From the NCBI GenBank assembly GCA_025340205.1, contig CP006868.1:330001-362000 (forward strand): a stretch of 32,000 nt of DNA, read 5' to 3'. Both the position numbers and the translations under genes were made by a program. Below are positions 1 to 7,969 of the stretch, piece after piece (within the stretch, counting starts at the first letter, position 1; the number at the start of each line of letters is the position of its first letter). Source of the stretch: Ignicoccus pacificus DSM 13166. Its GTDB lineage: Archaea > Thermoproteota > Thermoprotei_A > Sulfolobales > Ignicoccaceae. The notes beneath the pieces are model-generated. The model searched no databases, was not told where the DNA came from, and saw only the letters and a program-made list of their open reading frames with translations.

Positions 1-180
1 CCCCAGCACCCTTACCTCGCTTTCCTCTTTCATGAGGATTTCAATGAAAAAGTGCCATATCTTTCCTAGGAGCATCCTCACCTTTTGCTTCAGAGTAACC
101 TCTTTGGCTAAGTGAGTTTCGAAGAACAGCAGCCTCGGGCAGAACGCTAAGGTCCTTAACTCGGAAGGCCTCACCCTCAT
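1..180 (-). CDS. N-terminal fragment of a Cas4/DUF83-like PD-(D/E)XK nuclease, truncated by the window edge
   Basis: Manual reverse-strand translation from CAT at 178-180 stays open to base 1 (60 codons): MRVRPSELRTLAFCPRLLFFETHLAKEVTLKQKVRMLLGKIWHFFIEILMKEESEVRVLG. The 'RPSELRxxAFCPRLLFFE' start resembles the N-terminal Cys region of Cas4/DUF83 proteins. Catalytic residues lie outside the window. Confidence 0.45.
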   Translation of the reverse strand, partial: MRVRPSELRTLAFCPRLLFFETHLAKEVTLKQKVRMLLGKIWHFFIEILMKEESEVRVLG

Positions 181-510
181 CCCTTCTCGAACTCCCCTTC
201 CCTCTACCCCGCGAAGGGGGTCATGAAGGATAGGAAGCGATGGTAATATTGAGAAAGTTGAGGTTGAACAAAAACCTCAAGGAGCAGTTTCACCTAGTTC
301 TCTATTGTAATTACCTCTAGGAAGATGGATAACAACGACGGGCGGAGATGATGAGCGACCGACCTCTCGACCGATGAGAGAAGGGCTGGTCTCTGGCCCG
401 ACCCGCCTTCGTGGGAGAGTGCTACTCGAGAATTTAATAATTGTACTTCCCCCACGTCCACCTCCTTCCGGCCTCTAAATTATTCCGCGAAAAGTACGGA
501 GGGGTAGGAG

Positions 511-771
511 ATGGGTTACACAGTTCAATTAACGAAGAGGGCAGCTAAGGGAGCTCTATTACTCCCAAGGACCTACAAGGAACTTCTGAAGCAGCTAATC
601 GAAGAGTTAAAGAAAGATCCTCTTCCCAAGAACTTTGATATAAAGAAGCTGAAAGGATACAGGAGCACTTACAGAGTGAGGTTAGGAAGCTACAGGGTGA
701 TTTACGTAGTTGATGAAAAGAACAAGGTGATCACTCTAACCTACGTAGGGCCTCGTGGAGAGGCATATTGA
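511..771 (+). CDS. relE: RelE/ParE-superfamily toxin (type II TA)
   Basis: 86 aa; KKLKGYRSTYRVRLGSYRVIYVVDEKNKVITLTYVGPRGEAY is the characteristic RelE core and C-terminus. Confidence 0.8.
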   Translation: MGYTVQLTKRAAKGALLLPRTYKELLKQLIEELKKDPLPKNFDIKKLKGYRSTYRVRLGSYRVIYVVDEKNKVITLTYVGPRGEAY

Positions 772-904
772 GGAGTTCCTCGAACTCCTCCAAACTAACG
801 ACTTCTGCTTTACCGCTCAAGAACTCCTCGATCGCCTCCACTTCGTCGGGCAGAGGCTCGACCTCTTCTATTACTTCCCTAGCAGCTCTACTCAACTTTC
901 CCAA
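731..904 (-). CDS. Small RelB-like antitoxin candidate, convergent with and overlapping relE (not in supplied ORF track)
   Basis: Manual translation from TTG: LGKLSRAAREVIEEVEPLPDEVEAIEEFLSGKAEVVSLEEFEELLNMPLHEALRRLE*. It shares EVEPLPDE(V/L)EAIEEF with the plus-strand ORF ending at 1206, which precedes a relE-like frame. Confidence 0.55.
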   Translation of the reverse strand: MGKLSRAAREVIEEVEPLPDEVEAIEEFLSGKAEVVSLEEFEELLNMPLHEALRRLE

Positions 905-959
905 CCCCTCTTACATAACATTAATACCGTATAATAGCTCGCCCTCTCAAAAGTAGCTG

Positions 960-1206
960 ATGCTCAGAGAGCTTCTGAACTCCGACACAGTTCCCAATAC
1001 GGGAATTGGATTGCTGACCCAAGATGAGCTTCGGGAGATCAAGAGGCTCCTGGAGAGGGTGGAGGAACTCTTGGAGATATCTCTTCAAGGAGGTTGAGCC
1101 CTTACCAGACGAGCTGGAAGCAATCGAAGAGTTCAAAAAGGAGAAGGATAACTTGGAGCTAATCCCCTTAGAGGAGGTCGAACGTGAGCTCAGTAACTCT
1201 AACTAG
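960..1206 (+). pseudogene. RelB-like antitoxin, probably frameshifted
   Basis: Frame from ATG 960: MLRELLNSDTVPNTGIGLLTQDELREIKRLLERVEELLEISLQGG*. It continues in the +1 frame as KEVEPLPDELEAIEEFKKEKDNLELIPLEEVERELSNSN* (stop 1204-1206). Confidence 0.45.
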
Positions 1207-1382
1207 GAAGGCTCTGAAGGAGCTCGAGGACTTCCCTTTCGTGAGACTCGACATAAAGAGGTTAGCTGGGAAGAGGAACCACTACCGCTTGAGGGTTGAA
1301 CTGATCAGAGTCCTCTTTTACTACGAAAGGGATTAAGGCGATCGTCTACGCGATAAGGCCGAGAGCGCGTATTGACTTGTAA
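1184..1382 (+). pseudogene. Frameshifted RelE-family toxin
   Basis: GTG at 1184: VSSVTLTRKALKELEDFPFVRLDIKRLAGKRNHYRLRVELIRVLFYYERD*. The +1 frame from 1332 gives IKAIVYAIRPRARIDL*, the expected RelE C-terminal strand. Confidence 0.6.
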
Positions 1383-1557
1383 GGCCTAACTTAAGGTTAT
1401 TCTAAATTAAGGAAATCTGGGAAAGATCTGTTAGTAAACTCTAGCGAAGTTCTCATAGAAATGAACGATACTTCTGATCGAGAATCATCCAACCGCGCGT
1501 CCTATCAGGCTTGAGAAGAGCTGATAAAATCTTTCAAGCGCATCTCGACGGAGACCG

Positions 1558-1749
1558 ATGAAGCTGGGAAAGCGGGATCCTCAAGGATACTTCGTGATAC
1601 TAGCTGATCCGAGGGCCAAGGAAACGCTTCCCGAAGGAGTTGAAACGATGGATGAAGGAGACGTTTTAATCATAAGGGTGAAGTCGAGATCCCTTGCCAC
1701 TAAGATTGTCAGAAAGCTCGAGAGGGAAGGACTGTTAAGAGGTGCCTAG
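1558..1749 (+). CDS. Small hypothetical protein (63 aa)
   Basis: Open frame with protein-like composition: MKLGKRDPQGYFVILADPRAKETLPEGVETMDEGDVLIIRVKSRSLATKIVRKLEREGLLRGA. Confidence 0.5.
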   Translation: MKLGKRDPQGYFVILADPRAKETLPEGVETMDEGDVLIIRVKSRSLATKIVRKLEREGLLRGA

Positions 1750-1940
1750 GGGCGCCAGGGCAGTTCACCGACCGCCCTCGGCGGCCTCCAGCCCTGGAGG
1801 GCCTCTTGACGCTTTCCTCAGCACCTTCTTATTAGTTGTAGTTGCGCAATTGATCAATAATTAAGTGTTTGCATTTTTAACTCTGTTCAAAAGCATACAT
1901 TTGACTACTTAAATAGCTGATATCTATTAACTTACCCTGG

Positions 1941-2423
1941 ATGATAGGAATGGAGGAAGAAGCTTTGTTAGAGTATTACAAGCACGAAGGAATCGTGCTA
2001 GATAAAGAGATATTCATCGATATGGTAGAGAAGATGATTAAATATCCCCTTATAAAGAAAATGATGTTCAATTACTTCAAGAGCTTAGGGGAGATAATGG
2101 CCAGGAAGTTAAAGGAAAAGGGAATACTAGGCAACGACGATCCCCTCGTGGAGACCTTGGAGCTCTGCAGGGTAAGCGGCTACCTAGATTCTTACAAGAT
2201 CCTAGAGCAGAAGGAGGACTTCGCTTCAGTCAGGGTAGATGGAGCTATGTTCGGAGAGACCTTCAGGAGGAAGGGTATTGAGAAGAAGAAGGCTGACGAG
2301 CCCTTAGCTTGCTACATGGAGGGAGTGTATCAAGAACTGACCAAGAGGAAGGTGAAGGTAGAGGAGGAGGCTTGCGTAGCTGAGGGAGCCCCCTACTGCG
2401 TCTTCAACTTCCACATCAAATGA
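1941..2423 (+). CDS. V4R (4-vinyl reductase) domain protein
   Basis: C-terminal VEEEACVAEGAPYCVFNFHIK matches the V4R CxAxGxxxCxF signature. Confidence 0.75.
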   Translation: MIGMEEEALLEYYKHEGIVLDKEIFIDMVEKMIKYPLIKKMMFNYFKSLGEIMARKLKEKGILGNDDPLVETLELCRVSGYLDSYKILEQKEDFASVRVDGAMFGETFRRKGIEKKKADEPLACYMEGVYQELTKRKVKVEEEACVAEGAPYCVFNFHIK

Positions 2424-3081
2424 CTCCTCTCTCGAGCAAGCTCATCTTGAGCGCTCTGTTCTTTCTCAAGGCGTTGTGGAGCGCCTCTTCGACGCTCCCG
2501 TAGAACTTTATCTTAATGAAAACTCCCGTCCTTCCCTTCTCCCTTCTTCTGCTGAGCAGCCTGACCCTCTCCTCTACGGTCTCCTGACTTATTCCCAAGA
2601 GCTTCGCTACCTCTCCTTCCTTCCCTATTATGCTCTCCTCCCAGTGACCCTCATCCCTCGGAAGGATCAGGAAGAGCCTCTTGTCCACTCCCGGCACCCT
2701 CTTGCCTTGAAGGAGTCCATTTAGGTCAAGCTGGCCTCCAAAGGCGTAGAACTCGAACTCTCTAGGAGAGAGCTTGGCGAGGGGAAAGGACACCATAACT
2801 TCTTCCTTGTAATCGAGGGCCAAGTAGACCTTGGGGGTGCTGGCGGGAGTTGCTTGAATTATGTACCCATGGGAGAAGGATCCTAAAGCTACCTCTACCG
2901 AGAGGGGGGAAACGGGGAAGGTAATCGCTATATCTATGTCGCTTTCCTCGTTGACATCTCCTCTAGCTACTGAGCCGTGAACTACAGGGGAGAACTGAGC
3001 GAGCTTCTTCATGATGCTTATTGCCTTCTCTCTCTTCCTCTTCAGTATCTCCCAGCGCCTCTTATCATAGACTATGAGCAT
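2416..3081 (-). CDS. Nucleotidyltransferase-fold domain protein
   Basis: VVHGSVARGDVNEESDIDIAITF is the GS-x(10)-DxD minimal nucleotidyltransferase motif. Confidence 0.75.
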   Translation of the reverse strand: MLIVYDKRRWEILKRKREKAISIMKKLAQFSPVVHGSVARGDVNEESDIDIAITFPVSPLSVEVALGSFSHGYIIQATPASTPKVYLALDYKEEVMVSFPLAKLSPREFEFYAFGGQLDLNGLLQGKRVPGVDKRLFLILPRDEGHWEESIIGKEGEVAKLLGISQETVEERVRLLSRRREKGRTGVFIKIKFYGSVEEALHNALRKNRALKMSLLERGVI

Positions 3082-3117
3082 TACCTTTCCTTCCCCTTTC
3101 CCAGTCGTCTCTAGAAC

Positions 3118-4098
3118 TTATGAGCACTTCCTTTTCATTAAGACCCTCCTCTTAGCTTCCTCCAAGTTCTCCTTGCTCCAGCCACCCAAGGTCTTCAGCT
3201 CCTTCTCCAGCTCGTACTCGCTGGTGGAGCACCTCTCCAAGAGCTTTGTGCTGGCCTCCTCAACGCTCTCAGTGCCCCTGACCGCTTCGGCCAGCTCGCT
3301 CTCCACCTTGGAGGCATCCAAGTGGAATATCGAAGCCAGAACGGGGCTGAGGAAGAGGGTTCTAGATCCTCTCCTTATCTTAACTTCACCGTAGACGCCC
3401 TTCGCTGCCTCTATCACCATTTTGGAGGCCTCAGTGTGCATGAAACTCATCGCCTTTTCGCACTCGGAAGCCAAGCTTCTGGATATAATGAAGCCTCCTT
3501 CGTTCCCTCCCCTTCTCCAGACCTCCGCTATCCTCTCTAGGACCTTCTGGGTAGGTAGCTCTCCGTCACAGCCGGGACCCGCTATGGATAAGATGGAATT
3601 TTCGAACTCCTTCAAGGCTGCTAGGCCAACTGAGTCGGCCAGGGGACTCCAGACCTCCTCGTCTCCGGGCTTGGCTAGGACGTCGCCTCCAGCATCAACT
3701 CCAATCACGATCTCAGCTTCAGTGAGTTCCAAGGCTTCCTTCAAGCCGTTGAGCATACCCTTGTAGCCCGATTTAAGGTCTAAGACTATTACCTCTATTC
3801 CCGCGGCTTTAGCCAAGAGGGAGGCTTGAGGCTCTACTTTCTTTCCCTCTCTTAGGGCATATTCTCCTCCCCTCACTATCCCTATCCACTTTCCCAGTTC
3901 CGTTCCCACTAATTCCTTAGGAGAGATGGGTCCGGGGACGGGATCTCTTACCATTCTCTCCCAGATTATGCTCGCCAAGTAAGGCTGGGCCCCTATCGCC
4001 CTGAGCCATCGGTAAACGCAGAAGGCAGAGGCCACGTCGCCTCCTCCGCCTATCCCAACCACCAAGACCTTCCTTCCCTTCACCCTCTCCTCTAACAT
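3118..4098 (-). CDS. DUF1152-like protein
   Basis: ORF 3118..4197 with GRKVLVVGIGGGGDVASAF...DAGGDVLAKPGDEE. Internal ATG at 4098 (MLEERVKGRK...) is a more plausible start than 4197, which overlaps the divergent gene. Confidence 0.6.
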   Translation of the reverse strand: MLEERVKGRKVLVVGIGGGGDVASAFCVYRWLRAIGAQPYLASIIWERMVRDPVPGPISPKELVGTELGKWIGIVRGGEYALREGKKVEPQASLLAKAAGIEVIVLDLKSGYKGMLNGLKEALELTEAEIVIGVDAGGDVLAKPGDEEVWSPLADSVGLAALKEFENSILSIAGPGCDGELPTQKVLERIAEVWRRGGNEGGFIISRSLASECEKAMSFMHTEASKMVIEAAKGVYGEVKIRRGSRTLFLSPVLASIFHLDASKVESELAEAVRGTESVEEASTKLLERCSTSEYELEKELKTLGGWSKENLEEAKRRVLMKRKCS

Positions 4099-4148
4099 CT
4101 CAAGCTCCGAACGAAGGGAACGGTAGAAGTCAATAAGGCTGAGCTGAA

Positions 4149-4169
4149 ATACCTCGGAATCCGAGGTAT
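4149..4169. promoter_or_regulatory. Perfect palindrome ATACCTCGG-AAT-CCGAGGTAT, candidate PadR operator
   Basis: 9-bp arms with 3-nt spacer, overlapping the TATA-like GGTATATTT just upstream of the PadR ORF. Confidence 0.45.
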
Positions 4170-4171
4170 AT

Positions 4172-4495
4172 TTGGTGAGTTTATGCTTGGATCCCAAGAG
4201 GGAGTTCTGGAAGGGAACGTACTATCTTCTGATATTGAAGATGATAAAGGAGTCGGGAACGAGCTACGGCTACGAGCTGAGGAAGGCTTTGAAGGAGCTG
4301 AAGCCGAGCGAGAGTACGATATACGACACTTTGAAGAAGTTGGAAAAAGGAGGGTACGTGAAGGGGGAATGGGTAAAGGTGAAGGGGAGGGCAAGGAAGA
4401 GGTATCAGCTAACGGAAAGGGGAGAGGAGCTCTTGAGGGAATTGGAAGAGGAGGCAAGGCTCTTGTGCTCCTTCCTTACTGGCCCAAGGAAGTGA
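4172..4495 (+). CDS. PadR-family transcriptional regulator
   Basis: YLLILKMIKESGTSYGYELRKALKELKPSESTIYDTLKKLEKGGYVKGEWVKVKGRARKRYQLTERGEELL. True start may be TTG at 4187. Confidence 0.85.
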   Translation: MVSLCLDPKREFWKGTYYLLILKMIKESGTSYGYELRKALKELKPSESTIYDTLKKLEKGGYVKGEWVKVKGRARKRYQLTERGEELLRELEEEARLLCSFLTGPRK

Positions 4496-5136
4496 CGACG
4501 CTTCTGTTCATAATAAATTTAATAGTCTCGATCTCTATGATGCTTAGCGATAAGCTAAAGCTTAATAGATACAAAGCAGTGACTAAGATTCCTTATAAGA
4601 ACTTGAAGGTAATAGGTGCATTGATGTTCCTAATAAATTTCGTTGACCCGTTAATAGCAGATATATTCATGGGCACCTCATTAGTTTTGAGTTTCGCTCT
4701 TACCTTGAAGGAAATAGAAAGAAGAGGAGAGCTGGAAGGGCTCTTGGAAGGAGGGGAGGGGGAGACAATAAAACCCTTCGAACTCGGAAAGGTTCTCTTC
4801 ATTACCTCGGTATCGTTAATGATAGCGTCGATAGCTCTGCTAATCCTAGCTTACCCCATCCTCCCTCAAAGGGTGGTCGTTCACTTTGGAATTGACATGA
4901 AGCCGAACGGATGGATGGATAAGGTGGGCTTTGCGATAATGTACTTGGTTAATGTGCTAATGATGGGATTCTTCAGCGCTTTGATAAGCTGGATGAGCTT
5001 CAAGGAGCCCGGAGCCCTCTACTCACTATCGAAAAACGATGAGAGGAACCTCAAGGCGTTCGTAGCTCTTATGTTCGCAACGCAATTGATAGCTACATTT
5101 GCAATGATCTACTTGCTCTGGTACAACTTGACGTAA
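4492..5136 (+). CDS. Membrane protein with DUF1648-like segment
   Basis: Supplied ORF 4183..5136, but its first ~100 aa are the out-of-frame shadow of PadR. GTG at 4492 gives a GTGA coupled start. Several TM segments, plus YPILPQRVVVHFGIDMKPNGWMDK. Confidence 0.65.
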   Translation: MTTLLFIINLIVSISMMLSDKLKLNRYKAVTKIPYKNLKVIGALMFLINFVDPLIADIFMGTSLVLSFALTLKEIERRGELEGLLEGGEGETIKPFELGKVLFITSVSLMIASIALLILAYPILPQRVVVHFGIDMKPNGWMDKVGFAIMYLVNVLMMGFFSALISWMSFKEPGALYSLSKNDERNLKAFVALMFATQLIATFAMIYLLWYNLT

Positions 5137-5178
5137 CCCTCCTATTACCCCCATGCCCTTTTCCCTCGGGGTAAGAGC

Positions 5179-6324
5179 TTGCCAGAGGCCTTGGAGAAGA
5201 GCACGGATTATGAGAGATTGATAAAGGTATTCGGAGTTAGCAAGCTCACTGAGGAAATAATTAATGAGCTGCCCGAGGTCCACAAATTATTCAAAATTGG
5301 ATACTTCTTCGCTCACAGGGACTTCGATAAGATCGTAAAGAGGTGGAAGGAGGGAGAGACCTTCGCTATATTGACCGGGAGGGGTCCCTCGGGAGGCCTT
5401 CACTTGGGTCACTTGCTCATCTTCGACTTCGTCCTCTGGATGCAGAAGACCTTCAAGGTACCGGTGTTCATCCCTCTGAGCGACGATGAGAAGTATGTCT
5501 TCAAGAAGGTAAAGAACTTGAGGGACTCGGAGTTCTACGCTTATGATAACGCTTTGGACATAATAGCCCTAGGCTACGACGAGAGGTGGACAAACTTCTT
5601 CATTTCCACGAAAATGCTCGACGTCTATCAGTTAGCCGTAACCCTCTCCAGACACGTCACCCTAAACGAGGTCAAGGCAGTCTTCGGCTTCACAGACAGC
5701 GACAACCCCGGCAAGTACTTCTACGCGGTAGTCCAATCCGCTCACATACTCTATCCGACTTGGAGGAAGGGCTTCGTCTCCTTGGTACCCATCGCGATAG
5801 ACCAAGATCCTTACATAAGGCTGAGTAGGGATATAGCCGAAAGGGTGAAGCTCCCCAAGCCGGCTGCTTTGCACAGCAAGTACTTACCCGGTTTGACGGG
5901 AGAGCCTATGAGCGCCAGCAAACCCGAAACCGCAATCTTCCTAACTGACAAGCCTAAGGAGATAAAGAAGAAGATATGGCAAGCGTTGACGGGAGGACAG
6001 CCTACCATAGAGGAGCAGAGGGAGAAGGGAGGCAATCCGGAGAAGTGCGTCGTCTTCCAGTGGCTCGAGACCTTCTTGTTGGAGCCAAAGGAAGCTCAAG
6101 AGCTTAAGGAGAGGTGCAAGAGGGGAGAGCAGCTCTGCGGGGACTGTAAGAAAATGCTCTACAAGGGTTTAGTAAAGAAGCTGAAGGATCATCACAAGAG
6201 GAAGATAGAGGCAATAGACAAGGTTGAGAGGTACTTCATGCATCCAGTTGATCTAGGAGTTATGGATAAGATAAGGGAGAGGGAGGAGGAGCTTCTGAAG
6301 GAGTTCGAGAAGGTCAAGCTATAA
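5179..6324 (+). CDS. trpS: Tryptophanyl-tRNA synthetase
   Basis: Class I motifs GRGPSGGLHLGHLLIFDF and GEPMSASKPETAIFL; length and C-terminus match archaeal TrpRS. Confidence 0.92.
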   Translation: MPEALEKSTDYERLIKVFGVSKLTEEIINELPEVHKLFKIGYFFAHRDFDKIVKRWKEGETFAILTGRGPSGGLHLGHLLIFDFVLWMQKTFKVPVFIPLSDDEKYVFKKVKNLRDSEFYAYDNALDIIALGYDERWTNFFISTKMLDVYQLAVTLSRHVTLNEVKAVFGFTDSDNPGKYFYAVVQSAHILYPTWRKGFVSLVPIAIDQDPYIRLSRDIAERVKLPKPAALHSKYLPGLTGEPMSASKPETAIFLTDKPKEIKKKIWQALTGGQPTIEEQREKGGNPEKCVVFQWLETFLLEPKEAQELKERCKRGEQLCGDCKKMLYKGLVKKLKDHHKRKIEAIDKVERYFMHPVDLGVMDKIREREEELLKEFEKVKL

Positions 6325-7329
6325 CATCCTTCTAATTTCCTTAGAGAACTTAACAAGCAAGTCCGGCCTCCCCGGAGCCATCACGTGCACCCCGGGAAGC
6401 TCCAAGGAAAGTATCTCCTCGAGCACCTCCAAGTTCTTGTCTATCACGTACTCGTCTGCCTCCCCCTTCTCCTTAGCCCTCTTCAGTCCTTCCTCGTAGT
6501 CCTTCGGAATAGCCACTCCTTTTTCCTCTAGGAACTTGACTACCTTCCTGCTCGTAGTTATGAGCAAGCTGGGGAGAGTGGGCAATGGAAAATCCTTGAA
6601 CTTTTTTAATACCTTCATCTCGAAGACTGGCTGGCTTTGAGCGAACTGAGCCCCAGCCCTGACCTTCCTCAGGAGCCTCTTTTCTTCATAAGGGAAGTAA
6701 GGGTTCGCTGCGACTCCCGGATGTATGGAGGCCTTTGGAACCTTCCTTCCCTCCCAGTCCAATCCTTGGTTGAGTAAGGAGATCAAGCAGACCAATCTGA
6801 CCGAGTCCAGATCAAAGGTCGAATTGGGAGCCCAGTCGCCGGTCAAGGCTAGCACGTTCCTCACGCCAGAAGCCCACAAGGCGAGCAAAGAGGAGAAGAG
6901 GGCCTCTCTAGTCCTAGCCCTTGTGGTAAGCTGGGCTATCACCTCCACTCCCCTCTCCTTGAGCCAAGCGGAGGCGAAGGTGACGTCGATGTGGGGAAGG
7001 CCTAGGGGGTTGTCGGTTACGTTTACCGCATCGTAGAGCCTAGCTATTTCCATGAATCTCTCGAGCTCCTCGAAGCTCCAAGGCTCCACTTCCGTAGTAA
7101 CGACGAACTTCTCGTTCAGCATGTTCATGAATTCGGAGGTCTCCTCCGGCCGTTTGGGTTTGCATTCGACCTTGAAACCCCTATCCAATATCGGCCTCAA
7201 GTAGCTATCGTTCCTCAAGTTTTCAAATGCCTTCAAGAATGGACACTCGAAGTCATCGACCTCGCAGAGCCTTCCTCTGAGACCTCCGCAGGGGCCGTTG
7301 AGCATCCTCTTCGGGCACTTGATCCTCAC
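6319..7329 (-). CDS. Methylenetetrahydrofolate reductase-family protein with N-terminal Cys-rich (MTHFR_C-like) segment
   Basis: N-term CPKRMLNGPCGGLRGRLCEVDDFECPF, then TTEVEPW...DAVNVTDNPLGLPH...LALTGDW...QFAQSQPVF. Confidence 0.75.
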   Translation of the reverse strand: MRIKCPKRMLNGPCGGLRGRLCEVDDFECPFLKAFENLRNDSYLRPILDRGFKVECKPKRPEETSEFMNMLNEKFVVTTEVEPWSFEELERFMEIARLYDAVNVTDNPLGLPHIDVTFASAWLKERGVEVIAQLTTRARTREALFSSLLALWASGVRNVLALTGDWAPNSTFDLDSVRLVCLISLLNQGLDWEGRKVPKASIHPGVAANPYFPYEEKRLLRKVRAGAQFAQSQPVFEMKVLKKFKDFPLPTLPSLLITTSRKVVKFLEEKGVAIPKDYEEGLKRAKEKGEADEYVIDKNLEVLEEILSLELPGVHVMAPGRPDLLVKFSKEIRRML

Positions 7330-7397
7330 TATTCGGATCCCTCACGCCCAGCAAGGGGTGAAATAAATCCCTATCACGCACCTCTGGGGGCATTCGT

Positions 7398-7790
7398 ATG
7401 CTGTACATGACCTTGGACGTCTTAGCTTGTCCTTATTGCAAAGACGAAGGTTTTCCCTTGAAGCTTTATGTCATTGAAGAGAAGGAGGTGAAGAACAGGA
7501 GAAAGCCCAACATGGAGAAGCCCTACTGCGAGCTCTACTGTGGCTTCAAGGGGAAGTTCTTAAAGGAAATGAAGGAGGAGCCTCCGTGCGATGAGTGCAT
7601 CAAAAGGGAAATCGTCACCGGAGTCCTAGTGTGCCCCAAGTGCGGGAGATGGTTCCCAATAATCGAGGAGATACCTCACATGCTCCCCGATGAGCTGAGG
7701 AACAAGGAGGACGACTTGAAGTTCTTGAGGAAGTACAAGGACAAACTTCCAGAGGAGGTGCTTAGAGGGAAGCCTTGGGGATTGGAATGA
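7398..7790 (+). CDS. Trm112-like zinc protein
   Basis: LDVLACPYCK...LVCPKCGRWFPIIEEIPHMLPDELR. Confidence 0.65.
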   Translation: MLYMTLDVLACPYCKDEGFPLKLYVIEEKEVKNRRKPNMEKPYCELYCGFKGKFLKEMKEEPPCDECIKREIVTGVLVCPKCGRWFPIIEEIPHMLPDELRNKEDDLKFLRKYKDKLPEEVLRGKPWGLE

Positions 7791-7825
7791 TGTTTTTAAT
7801 GGGAGGAGGGTCTTGGCGGGCCTTG

Positions 7826-7902
7826 TGGTGGGCCCGCGGGGATTCGAACCCCGGACCACCGGGTTATGAGCCCGGCGCTCTGCCTGGCTGAGCTACGGGC
7901 CC
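7826..7902 (-). tRNA. tRNA with CAT anticodon (Met elongator or Ile2), CCA encoded
   Basis: Reverse complement: GGGCCCGTAGCTCAGCCAGGCAGAGCGCCGGGCTCATAACCCGGTGGTCCGGGGTTCGAATCCCCGCGGGCCCA-CCA. All four stems form; G1-C72 argues against an archaeal initiator. Body without CCA is 7829-7902. Confidence 0.93.
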
Positions 7903-7927
7903 TCCGTTCCCCATCCCAGCTCCTCAC

Positions 7928-7940
7928 CCTTATAAATTTT
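7928..7940 (-). promoter_or_regulatory. TATA-like box for the tRNA gene
   Basis: Minus-strand AAATTTATAAGG about 30 nt upstream of the tRNA 5' end. Confidence 0.5.
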
Positions 7941-7969
7941 TCCTGAAGGTCTCTTGGCGGTAGGAGTGA

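Noticed and set aside
1024-1086. N-terminal part MSFGRSRGSWRGWRNSWRY of supplied ORF 1024..1206
   Set aside because: The alternative frame ELREIKRLLERVEELLEI looks like the real antitoxin sequence; only the part after about KEVEPL is coding-like.
768-1136. Supplied ORFs 768..956 (+) and 921..1136 (-)
   Set aside because: Ser-rich translations are antisense shadows of the antitoxin-like frames (731-904 minus, 960-1206 plus).
4183-4491. First ~100 aa of supplied 317-aa ORF
   Set aside because: Low-complexity Glu/Gly/Lys translation is the out-of-frame reading of PadR; the real start is likely GTG 4492.
7826-7902. tRNA as an attachment site for an integrated element
   Set aside because: No duplicate of the tRNA 3' end, integrase or virus-like genes noticed nearby.
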